Below are positions 1 to 13,288 of a DNA stretch of 64,000 bases, piece by piece; positions within the stretch are counted from its first letter, which is position 1; each line of letters begins with the position of its first letter. A program made the translations under genes and the position numbers. Origin of the DNA: Eledone cirrhosa. Taxonomy: Eukaryota. The notes beneath the pieces were generated by a model. It did not search any database. It was given only the letters and a program-made list of their open reading frames with translations, and was not told the DNA's origin. The stretch is from assembly GCA_964016885.1 (NCBI GenBank), contig OZ024740.1:173972001-174036000 (forward strand), written 5' to 3'.

Positions 1-210
1 GACTCCAGTTCCCCAGTGAATTAACAACCCAGCAAGGAACTGGGCATATCAGAGTATTGACAATATCATACACCTAAACAACATATGTACTTGTCTATAC
101 CATACTAATTCAAACTGCCTGAAGAGGTCACAGCCAAAGATGGCTGTCACTGAAATATATATAGCAGTAATAAACGAAGCTAAATTTTAATCATTTGACT
201 TTTATTTAAC
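1..210 (+). mobile_element. 3' end/pLTR remnant of a Penelope-like element
   Basis: Contains the hammerhead followed by AATAAA. Upstream bases can be read as ELGISEY*Q, loosely resembling the C-terminal tail of PLE GIY-YIG proteins (weak). Confidence 0.5.
114..168 (+). ncRNA. Minimal type I hammerhead ribozyme (Penelope-like element type)
   Basis: Stem I ACTGC(114-118)/GCAGT(164-168); core CTGAAGA(119-125); stem II GGTCACAGCCA-AAGA-TGGCTGTCACT (126-151, one C-C mismatch, G-U closing pair); GAAA(152-155); 2-bp stem III with palindromic ATAT loop; cleavage triplet AUA(161-163); AATAAA immediately follows (169-174). Confidence 0.8.
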
Positions 211-309
211 TTTATTTTACACTACTCCGGAGTAACCAAACCAACCTGCGCACTTCGTCGAGTGCTCCAGCCTGCATACTGAGGTGTTGGTATACAACCA
301 ACATAAACT

Positions 310-427
<118 letters not shown>

Positions 428-491
428 GTAGAACACTGGAAGGTAATATCCGTAGTTGTAGAGCACTCAGTTCATGGGACGAGTTAGGTAG

Positions 492-607
492 AAGTGGTTA
501 CACAACAGTTAGTTCACCATACCGAGGAACAATTGTATCACCTGAGAGGATCCGCTAAGGTGATACAATTCTTCTCGGTATGGTGAACTAACTGTTGTGT
601 AACCACT

Positions 608-608
<1 letters not shown>
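492..608. repeat. Near-perfect fold-back palindrome between (TA)n tracts
   Basis: Arms 492-543 and 558-608 (AAGTGGTTACACAACAG... / ...CTGTTGTGTAACCACTT) with a 14-nt loop; a unique tail at 425-491 runs to (TA)n. Confidence 0.9.
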
Positions 609-640
<32 letters not shown>

Positions 641-964
641 CTTCTCACCAAGGAAGATGAGACAAAAAAACTTACCTCTTAATTTGAAATCTTTAATTTT
701 TAGTTTTTAATTCTTATTAATTCTTTTTAATTGTAAGATGAATTTTAATAATACATCGAAACCGGTAATACTTTATGTACATTATGAAACTCTTTTTAAA
801 AAGAATTGTCCCTCTCATTTTTCAATACTGTCACTTTGACGAATCAAAGAAGGGAAAAAAAAGAAGAAAAACAGACCCTTAAATATATTTCCCATGCTAT
901 TTCCAACTTCACCCCCCTCCTCTCTCTCTCTCTCTCTCTTTATATATATATATATATATATATA

Positions 965-1358
<394 letters not shown>

Positions 1359-2994
1359 TTGTATTTATTTTCCATATTGCTGTTGCGATTGATGTTGCTA
1401 GATTTACATTATTGATGCCATGTTGTTACTGTGGCTCTATTGTTATTGCTACTATTTCTTGCTGCTGCTTCTGCTGCTGTTCTTCTGCTGCTTCCTCTGC
1501 TGCTGTTGTCGAGTTTCTGATGGTTCGCCTATAGAATGATAATACCATAGATAATAATTAAATGTTCTTTCTCTCGCTTATCTTTCAGTCGATTCTTTAT
1601 GCGTTTGTCTGCAACTTTCACAAATTTAGTCACTTCATCCTTCCTTCATTTTGTCACTCACTCTTTTACTAGCTCGATCACTCCCCCCTCCCTCCCTCAC
1701 TCACTCACTCACTCACTCATTCGCCTACATTTAGTGAATTTGATCGTCAATATACGCTTTTCGCCTTTCCGTTCCTACTCTCTCCTTCTCCGTCTTATGC
1801 TTTCTCTACTTCTTCCTCTCCATTACACCCACCCCACACCTTTCGTCTGCTGTCGTTTCTAACTGAAGGGTCGCTTTGATAGCTTCAGCATTTGCACAAA
1901 CGCAATCGATATTCTTCAAATTGTTATCCATTTCTTCTTCTTCTTCTTCTTCTTCTTCTTCTTCTTCTTCTTCTTCTTCTTCTTCACCGACATCATCTTA
2001 TTAACGAATCTGTGTTTACAACAGAACCAGTTGGTCCAGCGGGTGTGTACCATGTAGAGACTCTGGTTGGACAACAGAAGCAGGGAAAAAGGAAAACAAA
2101 ACATTAGAAAAAACAAAACAAAACAAACCAAAACAAACCTGAAAACAAAAAAGTACACAAAATACAACAAAAATCCTCACCCATACAAAAACACCAGGAA
2201 ATAAAGAGATAGAGAAAAAGAGAGAAAAGAAAGAAAGAGCGAGATAAAAATGACAGCATGAAGAAAAGGGGAGAAAGAAACTATACAAAGAAGCAAAAAA
2301 AAATTTGACCAATGAGTAGAACTGACAGTGTTGAAGTTAAAAAATGAATGAAATGCGAACTTAAAATCTATAAAATCTATCAACATTGTTTATTTTGTTA
2401 GCACAGCGCACATTTTTACTTGTGATTAACACCATCTTTACTCTCTTCTATCTCTTATTTCTTCTATCATTTTCTTCTGTCTTCCGTCATTCTTGCATTG
2501 TCTATCCTAGACGTATATTATTTATATCTATTACTTCATAGGGTATTGTCTTACACCCCATTTCTTTTCTTTATTATTTGTAGGGTAGCTATCAACTACC
2601 AATTTTCTGCTCGCTGTTTATTTTTAAAAATTATTCTTTCTCTCTCCTTTCTTTCGTTCATACATATTCCATGTCTATATCTAATAGATTTTATGGAATT
2701 TTCATTTTTACCGATGAAGATACGAGAAAGAACTAAAGAGAAAGAATAACGAAAAGAAAATAGAAGACGAAAATGAAACTGCATAAAAAATAATGGATGG
2801 AAAGAAAAGCAATAATTTTGTATTAATTTTCTACTAACACCTACATTTACGTATACCTAATATAATATAGGATAGCGACCATTCTGCAAGTGATCAAGGA
2901 AATTGGCCATTTCTCGTTAGCACATCTAAGCTCTCGCGAGACATGAGGTTTGTATATTATTGATTACCCACCACCCAATATATACATACATACA

Positions 2995-3250
<256 letters not shown>

Positions 3251-3331
3251 TCGGTTTCAACACACGATTTCAGATAAAGAATCTTGCTAAACAAATTCAG
3301 AAACGAAATATATATATATATATTTTTTTAA

Positions 3332-3523
3332 TTTTTATTTTATAGAAGGAGCTTCTACAGGACTAGTACTGTTTCATTCAGATGAAATCTTCCTGAAGAT
3401 TTCATCTGAATGAAACAGTACTAGTCCTGTAGAAGCTCCTTCTATAAAATAAAAAAATTTTACTCTGCCATGTATTGAGTACCTTACTTACTGTGGTTAT
3501 CCCCGACTCAACCCGGGACCTAC
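3332..3523 (+). mobile_element. Fold-back PLE-like terminus: perfect 61-bp-arm hairpin containing a hammerhead core
   Basis: Arms 3332-3392 and 3395-3455 with a 2-nt loop. The right side reads CTGAAGA-T-TTCA-TC-TGAA-T-GAAA-C-AGTACTA-GTC, followed by AATAAA and a tail running into (TA)n at ~3524. Confidence 0.7.
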
Positions 3524-3562
<39 letters not shown>

Positions 3563-3624
3563 TGTATGTATAGACGCGCGCGAGCACACACACAAACACA
3601 CATATATATACACGTATACAACTG

Positions 3625-3760
3625 TTTTATTTTATCGACCCCGTAAGGATGAAAGGCAAAGTTAACCTCGGCGGGATTTGAACTCAGAATTGCAGGGGCC
3701 GTAACTCTATGCGTCAAAGCATGGTGTCCGACCCTCTATCGATACTGCCAATCCACCGCC
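3625..3760 (-). mobile_element. tRNA-derived SINE copy (partial)
   Basis: Shares TTTATCGACCCCGTAAGGATGAAAGGCAAAGTTAACCTCGGCGGGATTTGAACTC with ~10 other copies in the window; B-box-like GAGTTCAAATCC on the minus strand. Confidence 0.8.
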
Positions 3761-4595
3761 ATATATACACGTATATAATGAAAGAAAGCAAGCAAAAAAT
3801 AAACACCATGTCTGAAAAATAATACCTGTATTAGATATTGTAGAGAGGTCAGTTAAAGTACATTGCTGGTGATGGTCAAAGGCCAGAAAAGAGCTTTCGT
3901 GTATGTTCGGCAAGTTACGGCTTTTCTGAGGTAAGATGCATTCATTACATTTAGAATTAGTCCATCTCATTCACGCGTGCTTAGATGATTAGTTGTGTTT
4001 GTGCAACATGTGCACATGTCGACCTAAAACCAATACACACACAGCTACACTTATAATTTATATATTTATAGCCACATCAATATTTATTGGTAGATCTGTT
4101 TATTATATAGCTTTTCTCTTTCTATTTCCCCACCTCTTTCTTCCTTGTCTTATATTCATATCTATAGATTTATGCTTATTGACGCGCGTGCACAAACATG
4201 CCCACACATTTACATATATAATACAAATTCACTTTTTAACCTCCAGAGGCATTTTATCCGATTTATTCAACTATTATTTCTAGTTATCAATTATTATTTG
4301 TAACTGTTTGTGTTGTGGATAACATTTTCAAATTTCACGTGTATGTATGTATATATAATACTTAAACGACTGTGTATATATAAACATTTCCACTCCCCGC
4401 TCTCTCTTTAGCTATCTGTCTATTTTTTTGCCTATATTATCTATCATTTTGTATATATATATATATAATTCTACCCCTCTAACTATCTATTCATAATCTC
4501 TCTGTTACACTCTCCTTTCTTGCTTGGTACCCAAGTATATATATGCATATAATATGTGTGTATTTATATATAATTACGTGTGTATGTGTGTGTGT

Positions 4596-4638
<43 letters not shown>

Positions 4639-4667
4639 TGTGTGTGTGTATGTATATAAATAAATAA

Positions 4668-4715
<48 letters not shown>

Positions 4716-4893
4716 ATAATAATAAATGTGAAGACTAAAATCCAAAGAGGGTTCGATAAGGATAAATATATATCAAATATATAAGAACCATAGAGCAAAT
4801 ATTTACTAAAAGAACAGATATTCTGAAACTAGTTTCAGAAGATCCCGTTAAGGGTGAAAGCAGCGATTCTTTGCTTAAACTTTAATCTGTTAT

Positions 4894-5172
<279 letters not shown>

Positions 5173-6309
5173 GCAAGGTGTAAGATGCATGTATTGAATG
5201 TACTTTGAAGCCTCATCTGTGATGTGAACATGAGTAATTGCCTGTTTCGAGACATTCAACAGTTGACACACTCGCTTACTTGATCAAGCTAATGCTGATC
5301 AAGTCTTGACTTTAACCTCTGCATTCCACACCCCGGATCAGTCCTCTTAATACAATGTCATCAGTGGGCTTTCTAAGCGCCTTCACTCTTATGTTGCCGC
5401 TTCCGTGAGACCTAATTGGTCGAGGACTCTGCAGGGTTTGAGGTTCCGGATTTGACAAATTAATTTTATTGACCCTACCTTTCTTCAGTTCCCTGCACTT
5501 TGATTTGTCAGGCATGAAACAGATCCTCACCGAGGTGATACTCCCCAACATTCATTATTTTGTTATGCCACGGTCATCTATGAATGTTCTTTTGGAGGAC
5601 TCTCATACACCAGATTTAAATAGAGGCCTTTGTACCACACATCAGTTGATTTGGATATCATGATCAAGACAGGAAGAAAAAGAATAATAGAGATGGTACG
5701 ACCTGTTATTATTCCTTTTCCAAACCGATGCTTCTCTGATGTTTTAACACAGAATTAACTGTCACCTGGAACTATTGTAATCATTCAGGATCAGGTTCTT
5801 GAGCTTACTAGTGTCATGGTGGCAGTGCAATGCAATCTCAATCAGTCTGCGTGGAATGAACCTATATGCATTATCCATACTCAGACAAGTAACGACTAGG
5901 CTGTCTCTGATTTTACGGATTTCTTTCATGGGCTGCGTGACTACTCCAGTTTGCTCCAAACAACTAGAGGAATCATGCATTAAAGAGTTGATATAGTTTA
6001 ATTTAAATTGAAAAACGGAAAACATCCAACACTTGACACAAGCTTGAACGAAACTGAAAGATGTTATTTGAATGTTCCTCTTTGAGGATATAGATAGGTT
6101 CCTTCGTCAAACCTCCATTGGCTAGCAACTCTACACTTTCGTTATATCTTCAAGATTTTCGATATACGTCAGAAGAGCTGTGGGAAGAGCTTGTACGTGT
6201 CCTGGGATACACCAATGGGGCTTGTATTGTATTTTGAGGTTTAAAACTACTACGAGAGTTGAAATATTTTGGTGGATTTTCATTTCACACTGTAAGTAGG
6301 GAGCTCCTA

Positions 6310-9160
6310 TTGTATATTTATACACATTTATAACACGTTTGTAATAACCTACAACAGTATGTATTAGTTATAGTATATATATGTATGAGATAAAAGAATG
6401 GTATTTAACTAATGTAATGGTACGCGATGGGGTCCACCCACAGCCCCGGCGGACAGAATGGAGAAGGCGTTTCCCCGGAGGACGGCAAGGGAGACGCGCT
6501 GGAAAAGCCACTCTAACTCGCGGGGCTCACACCTACGGCTGGCCAGCTCAGCGCCTATCGTGGTGAGTAAGGAGGTAGCCCTGGGGCCGAGGACACCAGA
6601 AGTCCCCACTGCCAGGGGTACAACCGCAAACCTGTCGGAGAGCGACCGGTATTTGAGGAGTTTGGCCCCCTCAGCCCGACGTGCAGCAGAACCTGGGTCA
6701 TCGCAGACTGCACCAGGTTGCGGCTGCAGAAAGTGTCGGTGCAAGTGACATCCCAGACGAGGGGTTTGCCACCGCGGAACGGGAAGATGGTCATGCTATC
6801 TGGCCTTTTGCCGTCCCCACCGGCTCGAGCTGAGAAGGGAAGCCGGCAGCATCCAAGCCATGCTTAATGACCTCGTTGAGGGCAGTATGGCGTGGAATGC
6901 GGCCGGCACTGTGGCGAAAGGAAAGCGGGTGGAGGCCGAAAGAATCCACGGTGGAACCGCAGCGACATTGGTGTGGCTGGCAGATCCGGAGGCCGACCCT
7001 CAGAGAAACGCCGATTCGCAGGCTATGGTTGTCTAGCTGCGTGCCAGTGGAGAAGGAGGGCAGAGCATGGAGCCAGGCACCACTGTGGGGTTTTGAGGCC
7101 GCACGAAAACAAGCAAGGCGGTGCTGGTCGAGCTGGCGCGTGAGCCTGTCTGAAGCCAGGCTGCACTGGATGGCATCCCAAGTGCGTTGGGGGGACTTGA
7201 CGTCAACAGGGGGAGAAGGAGGAGGGACGTCTACTGGGCTAAGTCCCAGCGGGTCCCACGTATCACAAGCGGCCTCACGTTCTCTGAACACAGAGGGTTC
7301 TGTTGTGTTTTGAAGAACCCTGCTGACGAGGACGCGGCACAAGGTTACCGACGAAAGATACGCCGGCAAAGCTAGTGAGATCGGGGACCGGAGGCCTAGG
7401 CCGCCATACCTGACCGGTAAAGTGGCCTGTTGCCACCCAATGTCGTCAAACTTGACGTTGCATATCCCCTCGGCTGCTGCTCGGATACAAGTATCGAGGT
7501 CAGCGAGGAGAGATGTCTGGGTGTAGCATGGAGCGCTGCAGAGTGTATAGAGGAGCTTCGGCATGGCGAAGCAGTTCCTCAGCAGAAAGAGAGCTGGGTG
7601 GCCGTCAATCAAGCCCAGTTGGCTCGTGAGAGTCTGGAGCTGTTGAAGCCTGAACCTGATGGTGGAGCGGATGGCCAGCGGGTGGATCGGTGACCCGAGG
7701 ATGAGGACACCTGAACCTGGCGGAGAATGGACCGCACGTCCAAGACGGAGGCTGCAAAGCTCACAGCATCGAGGCTGACGTTCAACACCTCCGACTTGGC
7801 CGAGTTGACCTGGAGGCCGATTCCCGCCAGGGCAGGAATCACCGATTGAAGGTCTTGGCAGACCGTCCGTACGGGCCCGCCCAACGTAGCATCATCCAGA
7901 TACCAAACGTTGAGAGGGGCCGTGATACTCCGGGCGATGTGGTCAATACCAAGGGCGAACAGGAGGGGTCACCCTGTTGGACCCCAGTAGCCGAGGGTAT
8001 GACCGTATCAGCAGCTAGGATCATGCTCGGGGCTCCATATGACAGGTAGGCCAGCGGGTAGGCAGAGGGGGCTCGGCTGAGGCAGGCCTCGAGCAGATGA
8101 TCCCGGCATAAAGAGTTAAAGGCATTCCTCATGTCAAGCTTGACAATGAGGTGCCTGGAGTCCCTGGATCCCGGTACCGATGGGCAGCTGCTGAAGAACT
8201 GCCTGATTGTATGAGAGGCTCCCCACAGCCACCGGACACGCCGACACCCAGTTGCACCAGACTAAACTCCTCACCCAGTTCGTGTGTGACGGACTTGCAG
8301 ATTACCTTGGCAGCCAGCCTCCGGAAGACATTTCCCACAGCAATGGGGCGTATGCCACCCTCTTTCTTCCTGAGAGCGGTGAGGCTGGCCGAAAAAAAGA
8401 GGCCTCGGGCGTAAGGTCGAGGGTACCATGAATGAGCCTATTGGTGAGCGCCACAATTGCACTCAGAAGGCGGCGCCCGGCCTCAGCGGAGAGGGGGGGA
8501 ATGTCAACTCCTTGAGGTGGCCTGGTCGGAAACCATCAACACCTCCGCAGCTGCTAGTTGGGAAGGACCTGATGGCGGACATGATATCTGCATCAGTAGC
8601 CACAAGGAGCAGGTGGGGTCGGGTGGGGGTATGGGTCTGAGATAAGTGGGTGGCTCGGGGTGTTTGAGCCGCAGAGCAGCCAGGATCTCCTCGGTGGGTT
8701 GGAGGACAGTGTCCTCTGAGGCAACAACTCTGACTGCGGCCGAGACATCACCCATGATAAGCTTTGCGTTTACCTGGTCACGCAAACGCTTGGCACTGGC
8801 CTCGGGGGTGGAGGATAGGGGGTACCTGAGGGTGGGGTGTGTGGCGTCCCTGGGCACGCTTGGAATGGGCGCTCGCCCAACTGACGAGACATTGGCCTTG
8901 ACGAAGGCTGCTGCTGACCGGCCGCCCCGGTCAGCGCCAGAGCTGGGGACTCCGAGGGCGAGTGGGGCGAAATAGAACAGCCGCTCCCAGTCACTGTCTC
9001 GATTGGAGTCCAGGGCGCTCTCAATCGAGGAAGCGAGGGCATCGGCTACCGGCACCCGTGCCGCTCTCGGGATCCTGAGTGGGATCTTCCAGAGCCGCCT
9101 GAGCCGAGCGATGTTGACCAGCAAGGCTCGGACGTCAGGCAAGCTCGCTGTCCCATCTGG
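6310..9160 (-). mobile_element. CRE-clade non-LTR retrotransposon (RT + restriction-like endonuclease), frameshifted, probably 5'-truncated
   Basis: Successive minus-strand ORF pieces give GIRPIAVGNVFRRLAAKV, QLGVGVSGG, DMRNAFN, GVQQGDP, LPVRYGGLGLRS, PHSGAWL, RHTALN, DGMTIFPFRGGKPLVWDVTC and KYRSL...VPLAVGTSGVLGP, typical of CRE/Cnl1-type RT-RLE proteins. Markedly GC-rich relative to the flanks; the ends are approximate. Confidence 0.88.
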
Positions 9161-9389
9161 TGTGGTGTTTCTTATATCAACATGGTCAAATATTTTAAAG
9201 GGTTAATTTACAACGAGGACAGATATTACATAGCGTAAACTGTCTGCTTCTCTTTTGGTCATAACTTAAAGCATGTTGGTGACGTATTTATCAAATTGTA
9301 GCTAATCACTCCAGTTGTGGTCAGAGGGTCACAATACGTTGGAGTCTAACTAGTTTGGGTGATTATAATGAATGAAGGGACTGAGTTTT

Positions 9390-10101
<712 letters not shown>

Positions 10102-10273
10102 AATGGAAGTTCAGTAAAATCGAAGTTTTGGCTGTGGCCAAGCTAACGATATACAATCAGGAATGTGCAGCAAAGCACTCGATAAGATTGTGTTACCTTA
10201 GAGTAATAACATACTTTAGAGAGCTTGACATATTGAAGACTGCGACCGGTCACCCAGCCACATGAGCCAAAGC

Positions 10274-10396
<123 letters not shown>

Positions 10397-10460
10397 GTAT
10401 ATGTACGTATATATGTACACATAAAAAGTATATATATATATATATATGTACACATAAAAA

Positions 10461-10492
<32 letters not shown>

Positions 10493-10494
<2 letters not shown>

Positions 10495-10663
10495 CGAAGG
10501 AAATGTGGTAAGGAACCAGGTGAACCATAACGCACCAAAGTACTCAATACTTAGGGTAGTAGAGTGGGTAATAGGAACAAGTAAGACCCCGACGGCTGAG
10601 CTCAAGCCGTTTCGAATTAGCCGTCGAAACGGCTTGAGCTCAGCCGTCGGGGTCTTACTTGTT

Positions 10664-10668
<5 letters not shown>
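10493..10668 (-). mobile_element. Fold-back PLE-like terminus with hammerhead 3' half, inserted in (TA)n
   Basis: Perfect 45-bp arms 10571-10615 and 10624-10668, loop ATTAGCCG. Each arm reads GAAA-CGGCT-TGAGCTC-AGCCG-TC-GGGGTC (stem III + GUC cleavage triplet); unique tail at 10493-10570. Confidence 0.7.
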
Positions 10669-10698
<30 letters not shown>

Positions 10699-10960
10699 CC
10701 TTAACACCGTATGGCATAAATTCAGGCTGTTCAGTTTGTTTACAAACGAACAAAGCGACGTTAGCGCCGCTAAACTGATACGTGCATATATGTATGTGTA
10801 CCTGTATGCATATGTATGTATATATGTATATATATATATATATGTGCATGCTACTGTACGTCTGTATACATATATGTATGTACGTATACATGCATACTTA
10901 CATTTAAGTAAGTGCCATACTAAGAGTGAGAAATGAAATTTCGTTTTCATTTTGTTTCAA

Positions 10961-11005
<45 letters not shown>

Positions 11006-11014
11006 TATATATTA

Positions 11015-11101
<87 letters not shown>

Positions 11102-11145
11102 CATATATACATATTAATATATATTAATATATATATATATTTATG

Positions 11146-11204
<59 letters not shown>

Positions 11205-11367
11205 ATATATATGTATATACATATATGTTTATATATATATATATATATGTATATACATATATGTTTATATATATATATTGATCGACTATTGTTATAGTTA
11301 TTTCCGTTGGGATGATTACATTTCAAATTTCAAATTATGCAATGTTTCTTAAATGATCAGGATGCCC

Positions 11368-11425
<58 letters not shown>

Positions 11426-11509
11426 GCGCGCACACACAATCACACATACACACATACACACATATATATATGTGTGTGAGTGTATGAGTGTGTGCTTTGT
11501 GTGCGAGAG

Positions 11510-11605
<96 letters not shown>

Positions 11606-11957
11606 TGCGTGTGTGCGTATATACATATTTAAGTGAGAACGAGTACTGAATGCAGAAACTGATTTGCGTATTATATTTTATAGGAAATCAAAATTTTTCA
11701 AATAGTTATTCTGACTTTCTCGTTACCGATCGAACGACTTTTCGATGATTACAAAGAAAAAAAATTGAATATAAGAGTGTTTAAAATACATATGGTGGAG
11801 GTATTTGGATATATCTGATTACTGATCATATAACCGTTGTGTATAAAATATATATCGAGATGTGGTGGTTTTGCCGACTAGGAAAGAGGAGAAAAGAAAA
11901 CATGTGAGGGAGAGAAGAGAAGATGGAAAGAATATATGTAAAATTATGTTTTTTGCA

Positions 11958-12014
<57 letters not shown>

Positions 12015-12017
<3 letters not shown>

Positions 12018-12366
12018 TGTTTCTACTTTTGGCACAAGGCCAGCAATTATACCAGTGTATTACTGGTACTTTATTTTATCGATCCCGTAAGGATGAAAGG
12101 CAAAGTTAGCCTCGGTGGGATTTGAACTCAGAATGGCAAGGGCCGTAACTCTATGCTACAAAGCATGGCGTCCGACCCTCTACCGATACTGCCAATCCAT
12201 AATAATAATAATAATAATAATAATAATTGTTTCTATTTTAGGCACAAGGCCAGCAATTAGCCAGTACATTACTGGTACTTTATTTTATCGACCCCGTAAG
12301 GATGAAAGGCAAAGTTAACCTCGGCGGGATTTGAACTCACAATGGCAAGGCCCGTAACTCCATGCC

Positions 12367-12368
<2 letters not shown>
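12015..12368 (-). mobile_element. Two tandem tRNA-derived SINE copies separated and flanked by (AAT)n
   Basis: Copies at ~12015-12199 and ~12226-12368 with the GGCACAAGGCCAGCAATT...GGATTTGAACTC core; (AAT)n tails. Confidence 0.85.
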
Positions 12369-12417
<49 letters not shown>

Positions 12418-12449
12418 GTAATATATATATAAATATATATGTACATATA

Positions 12450-12535
<86 letters not shown>

Positions 12536-12572
12536 TTAGAACAAAAATCACGAGCGCTCGATCTCAAAATTA

Positions 12573-12608
12573 TTTTTGAAAAGCATTAGAAATGCGAAAC
12601 CGGTAAAA
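12573..12608 (+). ncRNA. Hammerhead-like motif with U3/A8 core variant
   Basis: TTT-TTGAAAA-GCATT-AGA-AATGC-GAAA-CCGG-TA-AAA: perfect 5-bp stem II and palindromic stem III (ACCGGT), but stem I is only 3 A-U pairs. Confidence 0.5.
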
Positions 12609-12712
12609 ACTTAAAACTAAAACTGAATACTAACCAATACTTATTACTAATTTATACTTATTCCTAATTAAACTATTTTTCACTGGGAAAAATTTGTCAG
12701 CATTTTCTTTTA

Positions 12713-12757
<45 letters not shown>

Positions 12758-12856
12758 GTTCTATATATTTTATATTTTCTGTTATTTGCAAAACATATAT
12801 TTATACAAACACTTACTCTCTCACACACACACACACACGCGCGCGCGCGCATACAC

Positions 12857-12916
<60 letters not shown>

Positions 12917-13077
12917 TATATACACGAACGTAAACATGTAATTATATATAGATATAGATATATAATATATATATGTATACACGAACGTAAAAATGTAATT
13001 ATATATATATATATATATACACGAACGTAAAAATTTAATTACATGGAAAGGAAAATAAATGAATTTAAAATAATGAT

Positions 13078-13288
13078 TTCTTATATAGGCACAAGGCTAG
13101 CAATTTTGGGGGAGGGGAAAGTCGATTAAATCGTCCCCAGTGCGTGACTGGTACTTTATTTTATCGACCCCGTAACGATGAAAGGCAAAGTTAACCTCGG
13201 CGGGATTTGAACTCAGATCATAAGGGGGCGTAACTCTATGCTGCAAAGAATGGCCTCCGACCCTCTACCGATAGTGCCAATCCATCGA
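13078..13288 (-). mobile_element. tRNA-derived SINE copy (near full length)
   Basis: Same family core as the 12015 copy. Confidence 0.85.

Noticed and set aside
2000-2085. Possible small exon after TTTACAACAG (TSWSSGCVPCRDSGW)
   Set aside because: No convincing splice donor, and too short to support.
5700-6230. FQTDAS, DNAYRF and CIPGH motifs suggesting RNase H or integrase
   Set aside because: Isolated short words on inconsistent strands and in inconsistent order; likely chance.
12015-13288. tRNA genes
   Set aside because: B-box-like motifs lie in multi-copy SINE heads with no full cloverleaf.
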